Origin: an uncultured Methanosarcinales archaeon
GTDB taxonomy: Archaea; Nanobdellota; Nanobdellia; Woesearchaeales; CAZPJY01
NCBI GenBank assembly: GCA_964587045.1
Contig: CAZPJY010000017.1
Span: 1 to 39,957 of the forward strand
DNA: 39,957 nucleotides
Direction of reading: 5' to 3'
The first letter of the stretch is position 1. Every line of letters starts with the position of its first letter. Of the stretch, positions 8,705-17,035 are shown in pieces. The position numbers and the translations under genes were made by a program. The notes beneath the pieces are model-generated. The model did not search any database, had not been told where the DNA came from, and worked only from the letters and a program-made list of their open reading frames with translations.

Positions 8705-9085
8705 TCAGTTCCAGTCCGGATTCTGCGTGAAAATCCTCACCAGCGAGAGCCTGTAGGCAAAAAGTTTCTCTGAGTTCTCGTCAACCATGACCTCGAGGTC
8801 AGGTCCCATGTCGTACAGCTCCGGATGCCCGTCGCCTCGGTCGAACCTTGCGATGCCGTGCACCGCGTAATCACCCCTGCCGCCGGTGGTGAGCAGTATG
8901 GCATTGAGGCCTTCCACCTCCTCTTTCCTGCAGAACTCGACGGTGAGCAGCGGCTCTGACACCGGCACGATGCTGGTCATGAGCCTGTAGGGGTACGCGG
9001 TATCCCGGTAGAATGCTGTCAATCCGATCTTGGGCTCGATTATGGTCTCGATGCGCAGGATGTTTGCCATCACATTGCTTGGCAT
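8705..9085 (-). CDS. Hypothetical protein
   Basis: 126-aa ORF downstream of 9096..9671; start may be ATG 9070. Confidence 0.55.
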   Translation of the reverse strand: MPSNVMANILRIETIIEPKIGLTAFYRDTAYPYRLMTSIVPVSEPLLTVEFCRKEEVEGLNAILLTTGGRGDYAVHGIARFDRGDGHPELYDMGPDLEVMVDENSEKLFAYRLSLVRIFTQNPDWN

Positions 9086-9095
9086 GGCTTAATAT

Positions 9096-9671
9096 TTAAG
9101 GGTTCTGCCGCGCGAAGTACTTGAGCCTTACCTCTGCCCACAGCCTCGGGCTCGCCTCGCGGAGGACGTCGCGCCACCTCTGCGCGACCTTCAGCTCTTC
9201 TTTGAAGTGCTCCTCTGAAAAGACCCAATAGGTGAAGGGCAGCATGTCCCAAGAAAGCCCCCACTGCGGCTTCTGCTTCTTCGGCCGCTCGCCCAAGAAA
9301 GCCTCGATCGCCGTTTCCGGATAGCCCAAAAGCTGTCCCTCCCTGCGCCTGTCATGGGAGCTGTGTGCCTGCACGAGCTCGTCTGCCACTGCCTGCTCCA
9401 GGCTGAAGGTGTAGATCTGCGCTTCGACCTGGGGCTGCTCTTCTGCGCCTGGGTGCCAGCTTATTATGCCTGTCGATGCCCAGGGCATGCCGATGCTGCT
9501 CGCGTTTGCGATGCACCTCTCCTCGTCCAGGAGGAAGAGGTCCCTCTCCTCGTCGTAGCGCTCGTAGTGCTCCTCGCCCAGCAGCATCGACGGCTTCTCG
9601 CCAATCCTGACCAGCATGAGGTGTATGCGGTCGATCAGCTGGTATGGAGCGCTCTCGATGTTTTCGTGCAT
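9096..9671 (-). CDS. Hypothetical protein
   Basis: 191-aa ORF containing GQLLGYPETAIEAF; AT-rich promoter upstream. Confidence 0.7.
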   Translation of the reverse strand: MHENIESAPYQLIDRIHLMLVRIGEKPSMLLGEEHYERYDEERDLFLLDEERCIANASSIGMPWASTGIISWHPGAEEQPQVEAQIYTFSLEQAVADELVQAHSSHDRRREGQLLGYPETAIEAFLGERPKKQKPQWGLSWDMLPFTYWVFSEEHFKEELKVAQRWRDVLREASPRLWAEVRLKYFARQNP

Positions 9672-9767
9672 GGCGCTTAGTCACCACAACTATTATATTA
9701 ATTTTACTACTTTTTAGTGGTAAATAAACGAAAAATTTATATAGTATCAATGCCTAAATATGTTAAA

Positions 9768-10598
9768 ATGGTGCAAAAATACCAACCACAGCAAATCAGT
9801 CTGGTACTGTTCGATATCGACGGGACGCTATATGACAAGAACAAGGAATATGTTACCGGCAGCGGTTCGATTCAGACTGCACACGATTTCTTCAGGTTCT
9901 CAGCTTGGGATAGACTCATGAGAGGTAACGCACCAGACGACGTGGCAGAAGAGCTAGTCGAAGAATACAGGGACCACATAAAGAAACCGGGTTCGCTCGA
10001 ACAGGCCATCAAATCCATCCCGCAGGAATCCAAAGAGGCTTACCTGGCTAAGGTCGAGGAGCACGGCTCCAACGGCAAGGTCTTCAAAAACGAGTTCGGT
10101 ACCGACTCAAAATACCTGCACAAGCAGATGCTCCAACACATCAGGTTCTCTGAAGTGCTCGCAAAAGATGAGCGATTGGTTAACCTGTTCGAATCTCTAC
10201 AGGCTAAGGGATATGGTATAGGTGTTATCACTACTGAGACCCACAAGACCGTCCACGATGTCGCCGAGGCGTTGGGCTTCGACCCGACGATATTCTATGT
10301 CGATACCGATGATGATTATCATATGCTTTGTTCAGAGAATGTCAAGGATAAGAAGCCTTCGCCGGAAGCGTTCCTCAGGGCCATAGAACTTTATGGCAGG
10401 AAGGGAAAGGAAGAGACCGTCGTGTATGTGGGTGACCATAAGAATAAGGACGTCTTCGGCTCCATGAACGTCGGCATGCAGGCAGTGCATGTCAAGAATA
10501 ACGGGCAGGAGCCCAATCTGGAGACGATGGACATAAACGGCACCGCCCGGGAATATGCAGAGATAGGAAGCGTCTATGACCTGGAAAAGGTTTTGTAG
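9768..10598 (+). CDS. HAD superfamily hydrolase
   Basis: FDIDGTLY (motif I), VITT, KKPSPEAF and VGDHKNKDV motifs. Confidence 0.9.
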   Translation: MVQKYQPQQISLVLFDIDGTLYDKNKEYVTGSGSIQTAHDFFRFSAWDRLMRGNAPDDVAEELVEEYRDHIKKPGSLEQAIKSIPQESKEAYLAKVEEHGSNGKVFKNEFGTDSKYLHKQMLQHIRFSEVLAKDERLVNLFESLQAKGYGIGVITTETHKTVHDVAEALGFDPTIFYVDTDDDYHMLCSENVKDKKPSPEAFLRAIELYGRKGKEETVVYVGDHKNKDVFGSMNVGMQAVHVKNNGQEPNLETMDINGTAREYAEIGSVYDLEKVL

Positions 10599-10599
10599 G

Positions 10600-11337
10600 A
10601 TGGACCAAGCCTTTCTTGAGCGAATCGCACAGAGAGCCGCAGGATTGATTGGACCATCCAGGACCAGCAAGAAGAGGGACGGATCCCCACTGACTTCGTC
10701 AGACCTTGCGGTAGAGGATTTCTTGGTAAGCGAGCTGAAGAAGAGATACCCATTGATACCAATACTGTCCGAAGAGTCCAAGGACGACCGCAGCAGGCTG
10801 GGATCGGAGTACTGTTTCGTTATAGACCCAATTGATGGGACAGCGTCGCTTGCGGAAGGAAGGGAGGATTATGCAATCCTAATCGGACTTGTCAGGGCAG
10901 GAAGGAGCATCATGGGGGTATGCCACGCTCCAGAGCAAGGCAGCACCTACAGCGCATCTTTGGGAAATGGGGCCTGGCTCAACGGCAGGAGGATTACCGC
11001 CAACGGCGCTGGGGACGTTGTAGGCAGGTACAACATCGACCGTGACCTTGAGGATTTTTTCCTGAAGGAAGGCAAGGATGTCTGCGATGTTCCGAAGGTT
11101 GGTTCTTTTGGCCTGAAGGTCTGCCTCGTAGCTGAGGGCATCTATTCGCGATTCGTCCACACGAACTTCGACCCCGACAAGGTACATGCGAGCATTTGGG
11201 ACGCAGCCCCTGTCGATATAATCCTCACTGAGGCTGGAGGTTCAGCTACGGACTTTCTTGGAAATGAGCTGGATTACAGCTCGCCAGAGACAGCCCTCAC
11301 TTCAGGCTTCATAGCTAGGAGTAATTTACTACCTTAA
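10600..11337 (+). CDS. Inositol monophosphatase / CysQ-family phosphatase
   Basis: ILSEES, IDPIDGT and WDAAP...ILTEAGG motifs. Confidence 0.9.
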   Translation: MDQAFLERIAQRAAGLIGPSRTSKKRDGSPLTSSDLAVEDFLVSELKKRYPLIPILSEESKDDRSRLGSEYCFVIDPIDGTASLAEGREDYAILIGLVRAGRSIMGVCHAPEQGSTYSASLGNGAWLNGRRITANGAGDVVGRYNIDRDLEDFFLKEGKDVCDVPKVGSFGLKVCLVAEGIYSRFVHTNFDPDKVHASIWDAAPVDIILTEAGGSATDFLGNELDYSSPETALTSGFIARSNLLP

Positions 11338-11387
11338 AGTAGTCACAAAACGAAAACTTTTTAAATAAGAACATGTCACCAGCATGC

Positions 11388-11843
11388 ATGAAAGCCTACA
11401 AATCCCTAATACTGCTGGCAGGGGTCACAGCCGCATCAGCGATGATAAGTGGCTGCGGCATGAACTCCGACAAGCAGGCATATTTTGGAAAGGAGAAGAT
11501 CAACGGAAAGCCGGTCGAGGTCAGGTTTACCAACAAGATCTGGAGCGACGACCAGCACGACATATACGTGGGCCAGGACAGCAAGCGCGACAGGAACTTC
11601 ATAGTATACCACGACCACGACAACTGCGACTTCAACATAGAGTCGTTCACCGTCTATGACGGTAGGGACACGACTACGGTCGACATCAAGGAATCGCCCG
11701 ACCTCATCGACGAGGCCCAGGCTGAGGTCGACTGCCTAACAGACAAGCTGATCGACATCAAGAACTCTAGGGCTGACGCGCAGTTCAAGGAGAGGGAGCG
11801 CAAGGCCAAGGAAGGGCTGGCGACCTACAGGACGTGCAAGTAA
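11388..11843 (+). CDS. Putative lipoprotein
   Basis: MKAYKSLILLAGVTAASAMISG-C signal with a lipobox-like cysteine. Confidence 0.7.
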   Translation: MKAYKSLILLAGVTAASAMISGCGMNSDKQAYFGKEKINGKPVEVRFTNKIWSDDQHDIYVGQDSKRDRNFIVYHDHDNCDFNIESFTVYDGRDTTTVDIKESPDLIDEAQAEVDCLTDKLIDIKNSRADAQFKERERKAKEGLATYRTCK

Positions 11844-12103
11844 GTTAGGAAAATATGATTTTTCTACAGGCATCGGCGCGGTTTTGCTAGGGCTCGGTTA
11901 CAAGCAGGCGATGGAGAAAGGGCAGCACCAGTACGACTGGTTCCTCCACAAGATCAGGGAGAAGAAGGATGCCCAGACAGAGAAATCCATCGATGTAAAC
12001 CTCGCAATCGAGTAATTCTTTTCTTCCATTCATCTGGCAAGCTGACCTCCTGCTGCTCTTTGAATAAAAAAACTTAAATATCCTTGTTGGGGAAGTAATT
12101 GCC

Positions 12104-12568
12104 ATGAACGGATTTGCGGTCATGCTAATCGCTTACGCAGGCTTCTTCGCAGGCGTCCTGCTCGCCCGCTTCGCAAAGGACGAGGTGCTGCCGGGCATGC
12201 GGCAGTTCAGAATCGCCGCGACAGCGCTTTTCATGACCGTCGTGTTCTTCCTCTTCCGCTCCCTCAGCATCAACCTCCTGCTAGCGTTCCTCGCGGCGGC
12301 CCTCTCAGGCCTGCTCTACATCTACCTGCTGGACAAGCGACACCTGTTCCTGGTCAGCCAAGCCATACTCGCAAGCGCCTTCTTCGCATCTGCAGAGAAG
12401 CCTGACTTCATGCTGCCTGTGGCGAGCCTGATATTCCTGCACAACCTGCCCTCAGGCACCATCTTCTTTGCCAGGACCGACGCAAAGCTCCTCCTGCAGC
12501 TGCGCGGAGCCCTGCTTGCGACGCTGAGCTTTCCAGTCATAGCGGCCCTGCTCCTGCTGCTCTTCTGA
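12104..12568 (+). CDS. Multi-pass membrane protein
   Basis: About five hydrophobic segments; TATA box upstream. Confidence 0.75.
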   Translation: MNGFAVMLIAYAGFFAGVLLARFAKDEVLPGMRQFRIAATALFMTVVFFLFRSLSINLLLAFLAAALSGLLYIYLLDKRHLFLVSQAILASAFFASAEKPDFMLPVASLIFLHNLPSGTIFFARTDAKLLLQLRGALLATLSFPVIAALLLLLF

Positions 12569-12824
12569 CATAAGCCTCTTCGTGACGGCCTATGAAGAGC
12601 ACCCTAACTAATTTGGCTTCATGGTCAATCCTGAATAAGATGACAAAATTTGTGTTGACGTGTACGCGGCAGTAACCCCTTAACGAATGTTTGAGAGGTT
12701 TGTATCTCTTTTTCGGATTGGCTAGAATCTACGTAAGCTTCATATCAATAGCGCTCAAGAGAGGCTCTGAGAATTTCCTAACCTTTTTTTCAGTCCGGTG
12801 GTTCATCCATAGACCGTAACTCAT
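12537..12824 (-). pseudogene. RelE/ParE-family toxin with an in-frame TAG at codon 32
   Basis: Not in the ORF track. Reads MSYGLWMNHRTEKKVRKFSEPLLSAIDMKLT*ILANPKKRYKPLKHSLRGYCRVHVNTNFVILFRIDHEAKLVRVLFIGRHEEAY...; ATGA overlap with the antitoxin stop. Confidence 0.85.
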
Positions 12825-13057
12825 TTCTTGAGACCGAAATGTCTGGCGAAATCTTTGATTAATATACCCTCCTCTTTCTCGGCCGCAAGGATTTCGCGGA
12901 CGACCTCGGGTCTGATTACCGGCTCCTTTTCTAGCTTGGTGTACCGGCTGACCACAAATCTGATTGCCTCGCTCTTGTCCTTGAGGTCATAAGTGGCCTT
13001 CACGATGTTGAGCACGCGGTTGGTGTTCTCGTCCAGGGTTATCAATGCCTTCACCAT
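12821..13057 (-). CDS. DUF2683-like antitoxin
   Basis: MVKALITLDENTNRVLNIVKATYDLKDKSEAI, directly upstream of the RelE-like frame. Confidence 0.8.
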   Translation of the reverse strand: MVKALITLDENTNRVLNIVKATYDLKDKSEAIRFVVSRYTKLEKEPVIRPEVVREILAAEKEEGILIKDFARHFGLKK

Positions 13058-13154
13058 TAGCTCGACTAAGTCTAGCTTATTTATAATTCTTTAGGTGTTT
13101 ATTATCATTCCTGCATAACATCCGCAAAGTTTTCAGAAGGCTTAAACAATCGCC

Positions 13155-13183
13155 CCGACGCAAAGCTCCTGCTCATCTTCTGA
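13155..13183 (+). repeat. Internally deleted duplicate of the 3' end of gene 12104..12568
   Basis: CCGACGCAAAGCTCCT is identical to 12477-12492, and GCTCCTGCTCATCTTCTGA closely matches 12550-12568. Confidence 0.75.
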
Positions 13184-13270
13184 TTCGCCGAAACCGACGC
13201 CCATTTCCATCGTCGGCCGAAGAGGACAGCTCCGCAAGATTGATATATTTAGTTACTTTTACTACTATTA

Positions 13271-13448
13271 GGAAGTAACTAACCGGACAGCGGAGTCAGA
13301 AGAGGTCCGGCCAAATAAAGGCTTCCCCGCGTTACCGTCGCAGGGGGAGGCTCCTTCTAATCCCCGAGTAAGCATGGGGGCGGGCGACAATCCCCATGTC
13401 GAACCGGCCTGATAAGCCGCACCTAAGGCACAGGCCTCCGGTCATTCC
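13271..13448 (+). ncRNA. Candidate structured leader RNA (four hairpins)
   Basis: Stems CCGGAC/GTCCGG, GCTTCCCC/GGGGAGGC, CATGGGG/CCCCATG and GGCCTG/CAGGCC, with GGAA...TTCC ends; begins about 23 nt after a TATA-like box. Confidence 0.45.
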
Positions 13449-13470
13449 AAATGAAAGAAAAGTGATGAAA

Positions 13471-14079
13471 ATGAAAACCCTAAGGAAATACCTAACCACA
13501 GCGATTATAAGCCTCGCGCTCGCTTTTGCCCCTATCAAAGCGATGGCGCAGAACAGCGCCACATACTTCATGTCAAAGAAGCCTGACGTTGTGCGTGTTG
13601 AAAGCTTCAACAAGCTCCCCCTGAAGATTGGATCATACACGTTTGTAGACTTGAGCAAGGGAGGATACTTTGGTAAGACCACCCTTAACAAGTCACTGCA
13701 CGACAACTTGGGCCTTGAGATGAAAATAGTGCATGCAGACGAACTCATGACCAAGACAGGTCTAGGTGCCCACCTGAAAGCCATGCTGCCCGGAGAGATT
13801 TTCTCCAAGGTAAGCATAATTCCAGTCTGGTACCATAAAGGCGGCGACATGCAAAACAAGACCATCCTTGGTTACTTCATATCAAAAGACCTGGGTAAGG
13901 GTTACGAGGCAAGCGCCTTTGGCGAAATGGACCTGGACTCAAAGCAGTTCAGCTATGGTGAGACAAGCCTCACCAAGCAGATTGGAGACCTGAAGATCGG
14001 TGTCCAGGCTGCGATGACCGGTGACGGCGACCTCACTCCGGACCTTGAGGCACGTGTAAGTGTCGGTGTGGACCTGTAA
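13471..14079 (+). CDS. Secreted protein with outer-membrane beta-barrel-like features
   Basis: Signal peptide ending AMA-Q; alternating hydrophobic strands; C-terminus ARVSVGVDL. Start may be 13465. Confidence 0.6.
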   Translation: MKTLRKYLTTAIISLALAFAPIKAMAQNSATYFMSKKPDVVRVESFNKLPLKIGSYTFVDLSKGGYFGKTTLNKSLHDNLGLEMKIVHADELMTKTGLGAHLKAMLPGEIFSKVSIIPVWYHKGGDMQNKTILGYFISKDLGKGYEASAFGEMDLDSKQFSYGETSLTKQIGDLKIGVQAAMTGDGDLTPDLEARVSVGVDL

Positions 14080-14112
14080 TCAGGTCCCAAATCAAATAAG
14101 AGGTGAATCAAA

Positions 14113-14409
14113 ATGAGCATAGAAATCTTGCTCTTCAACGGTTCGAAATCAGAACTTGAAGAGGCAACAGGAAAACAGTACGAGTACCTACTCGAAGGCG
14201 GATTTCCAGTGAGATTTGAGACGACGGATTATTACTATGGTGAATACCGCGACGAATACACGCCGTCTTTAAGACAGCATCCTCTCTGGAACTTGATAAG
14301 AGAGTACCATGCAGACGCCGTTGTTCACGTAACCATCACAAGCAACCAAGGCAAGCACGGCGGGCATTACGTCATCTGGACCGGACAGCCCGTGCGGGAG
14401 AAGCGCTAA
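14113..14409 (+). CDS. Hypothetical protein
   Basis: GAGGTGA SD upstream; 98-aa ORF. Confidence 0.65.
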   Translation: MSIEILLFNGSKSELEEATGKQYEYLLEGGFPVRFETTDYYYGEYRDEYTPSLRQHPLWNLIREYHADAVVHVTITSNQGKHGGHYVIWTGQPVREKR

Positions 14410-14804
14410 AACGCGTAAACCGCCGCAGCGACCAACGCGCCGAAGACGCAGCCCCAGAACACTTCCGGGATGGTGTGGCCGACGCTCTCCTCGAGGCCTG
14501 CCTCGTGCTTTTCGTTGACCACTGCAGACACCCTACCCACGTGCCTGCGCACGCCTGTAGCGTCGCGCAGCACGATTGCCGCGAACACACCTGTCACGAC
14601 GAACAGCAGGGAAAAGCCCTGCTCGAAGAAGACTGACGCGGCAACAGCTGCGACGAGCGCCGCATGAGAGGACGGCATGCCACCCAGCTTGGTCCACGTC
14701 TTTCTCTCGATTTTTTTCTTCTTTACCAGCTCAGCCACGACCTTGATTGCTTGGGCTCCGAAAGATGCCACAATCGCCGAGATGAACAGTTGCAGTGCTG
14801 CCAT
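14406..14804 (-). CDS. Divergent PAP2 family (DUF212) membrane protein
   Basis: AQAIKV, GGMPSSHAA, DATGVRRHVG and GHTIPEV motifs. Confidence 0.92.
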   Translation of the reverse strand: MAALQLFISAIVASFGAQAIKVVAELVKKKKIERKTWTKLGGMPSSHAALVAAVAASVFFEQGFSLLFVVTGVFAAIVLRDATGVRRHVGRVSAVVNEKHEAGLEESVGHTIPEVFWGCVFGALVAAAVYAF

Positions 14805-14832
14805 GTGATGCAGACCTACCTCTGGCTATTTA

Positions 14833-15939
14833 TTATTTTCCTTTGAGAACGAGCTCAAGGGCGGACCGTCTCGCCCTCGCGGCCAGGATGCCTGACGCGA
14901 GATACCTCGCCCTGCCCAGCAGCCTTTCCGTGTCGGTGGCGGCCTGGTGGTACAGCCAGTAGTCGGTCTTGGAGTCCAGCAATGTGCCGCTCCTGAACTT
15001 GTCGACCTCTCCCAGCACGACCGGGTCGTCCACTCCCTTCTTGACCTTCTTGAGGATGCGCGATGCTTTCCTGTCAGCCAGGTATGATCGCTTCAGGTAG
15101 GGCAGCATGCCCATCATCGCGTAATACTCGTCGCCCGAAAACGTGATACCGCAAGCGCTCCTCTCATCGATCCCGTCGACGAGCAGGCTCACCAGCTGCG
15201 CCAGCCTGGCCTCGATCTCGACCGGCGAGAAGCGGTACTGGGCCTGCTTCCTGAAATCCTCGCCGCGGACCGCGTCCCTGATGCTCCTCGCCATCACGAC
15301 ATCTTTTCCTTCCGCATTCTCCATGTATGACTCGTGCACACCGACGTTAGCCTGGATCTTTGACACTCCCACGACTTCCTGGATGTAGTGCGCGAACTCG
15401 TGGACTATGATGGCCCTGAGGGGCGGCATCCGGTCGACGTACCTCTTCAGCACGTCAACGTCAGAAGCGGACACGGTGACGCGAGGGTGCAGCGCGGTTC
15501 CGTTCACGATTATGAGCTGCCTGTTTCCCCTGCTGCCTGTGATGGCGTGGCTTGTCACGCCGTAGAAGGCCCACTGCGGGAAGAGCACTGTTGCTATAGG
15601 AGGATTCGGAGGGTCACTCATGCCGAAGTGGTGCAGGGCGAAATCCTTTGCGGTCTCCCACGAGAGCGGGTAGGCTTCTGAGAGCTTATCCTCGCCGTAC
15701 ATCTCGAAGTATTCAACCTGCGGCAGTCCCCTGCTTCCCACGTATGCGCAGAACCGCTTCCAGAAAGGCTTGGGCCTGCCGGTCCTCTTGAAGATCTTGG
15801 CTGACCGGGCAAGGCTTGCGGACTCGCCGTCCTTCTCGCCGCGCAGGGCCTCGATGAGGTCGTCGACGTCTGCGGTGTAGAACGAGTCGCCCGCCTTCCT
15901 CTTCCTAAACATCCTCTTCCATACTGCTGCAGCTTCCAT
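14833..15939 (-). CDS. HEXXH zincin-like protein (paralog B)
   Basis: IIVHEFAHYIQ with a downstream EIEARLAQ third-ligand-like helix. Confidence 0.7.
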   Translation of the reverse strand: MEAAAVWKRMFRKRKAGDSFYTADVDDLIEALRGEKDGESASLARSAKIFKRTGRPKPFWKRFCAYVGSRGLPQVEYFEMYGEDKLSEAYPLSWETAKDFALHHFGMSDPPNPPIATVLFPQWAFYGVTSHAITGSRGNRQLIIVNGTALHPRVTVSASDVDVLKRYVDRMPPLRAIIVHEFAHYIQEVVGVSKIQANVGVHESYMENAEGKDVVMARSIRDAVRGEDFRKQAQYRFSPVEIEARLAQLVSLLVDGIDERSACGITFSGDEYYAMMGMLPYLKRSYLADRKASRILKKVKKGVDDPVVLGEVDKFRSGTLLDSKTDYWLYHQAATDTERLLGRARYLASGILAARARRSALELVLKGK

Positions 15940-15972
15940 AGGGTCTCGCAGAAAACTGATAATATAAAAATC

Positions 15973-16971
15973 TCACGCGAGCTTATGCCGAATCTGCGCC
16001 GCGACGCGGTCTGCCTCAGCCCACAGGTGCTCGGTGGGGCGGATCATGCGCTTCAACACGACGAGCATGAACTTGAGCTTCTTCCTCTGTTTCTTGTCGA
16101 GGTCCTTCTCTTGGAGCTTCTTCTTGATCTCAGCCACCTTCTGCCTGAAGGTGTTCGGGAATATTTGTTGATGCATCCTTACTATGGAACGCTCGTCGTA
16201 ACCGGCGACTTTCCAGTAGATGACCTCTGCCAGGTTGGCGGCTAGCTCCTCTGTGTTAAGGTCGCCTTCCATGTCAGAGAGGATGTAGGCGATGCGCTCG
16301 CTCTTCTCGAGGAACTTGCGGACTTTTGAGTCCTCTGCAAACACCCTCTTGATATACTGGAACGCGTGGTGCTTGGGGAAGTTGTCCCGCCTGTGCAGGT
16401 ACTGCATGTAGTGCTCGTACTCGTGGATTACGCTCGTCTGATACTTGGGCATGGAGTCGATATACCTTATCACTTGCTTGGCCTCATCGAGAGTCATGGG
16501 CGCACGGCGGGGCCTGAAATGTTCAAGGCAGATCTTTATAAACGGAGGTTTTGCGTACGCAAAAGTTGCGACACTATAGTTGTATCCGGGCTTGTACGAT
16601 ACTGCACGGACTGCGATGTCAGGCAGGTGACCGTCCAGATGCTCAGGCCACCGAAACGGGATGTACACCTTGAGGTATTCCCAGGTTTTTGGAAAGAGGA
16701 CTGAGAGCTTGTCTCCCGTCCACTCCTCGAATTCTTCCTCCTGGACCTTGACGCCCAGCCTCCGCACGAACACCGACAGGCGCTTGAGCACCTCGGGCCA
16801 CTCCCCTTTTTCGACCTCCCTCATCAGGAGTTTCGTGTCCTCGTCCTGTGGCATGCTCTTCATGGCTTCGAGCAGGTTCCTTACCTGCCTCTCATCAACC
16901 TCAGCACGCGGTTCCTTGAACACGTAGTAGAGGTGCTGCCAAAAACGCCTTACGGTCTCTTCAGGAGTCAT
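15973..16971 (-). CDS. HEXXH zincin-like protein (paralog A)
   Basis: VIHEYEHYMQ with EELAANLAE; aligns by eye with 14833..15939. Confidence 0.7.
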   Translation of the reverse strand: MTPEETVRRFWQHLYYVFKEPRAEVDERQVRNLLEAMKSMPQDEDTKLLMREVEKGEWPEVLKRLSVFVRRLGVKVQEEEFEEWTGDKLSVLFPKTWEYLKVYIPFRWPEHLDGHLPDIAVRAVSYKPGYNYSVATFAYAKPPFIKICLEHFRPRRAPMTLDEAKQVIRYIDSMPKYQTSVIHEYEHYMQYLHRRDNFPKHHAFQYIKRVFAEDSKVRKFLEKSERIAYILSDMEGDLNTEELAANLAEVIYWKVAGYDERSIVRMHQQIFPNTFRQKVAEIKKKLQEKDLDKKQRKKLKFMLVVLKRMIRPTEHLWAEADRVAAQIRHKLA

Positions 16972-17035
16972 GCACACACTTTTACATTACGGTGATATAA
17001 AACCTTTTTTATACATGGCCGGATTCACCCCTCCC

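Noticed and set aside
1311..12731. Amber (TAG) recoding suggested by two in-frame TAGs (1311 and 12729-12731)
   Set aside because: Many intact genes end in TAG at the expected C-terminus, including CTAG convergent overlaps. Both affected genes show other signs of decay, and no pyl genes or suppressor tRNA are in the window.
13355..13375. AATCCCCGAGTAAGC resembling a group I intron core element
   Set aside because: No matching downstream R/S elements and no interrupted host gene.
13396..13464. N-terminal extension of the beta-barrel ORF, and similar extensions in the ORF track (24658, 26283, 16970, 19628, 21788)
   Set aside because: They run through promoters or neighbouring genes; downstream starts fit the SD/TATA spacing and family N-termini better.
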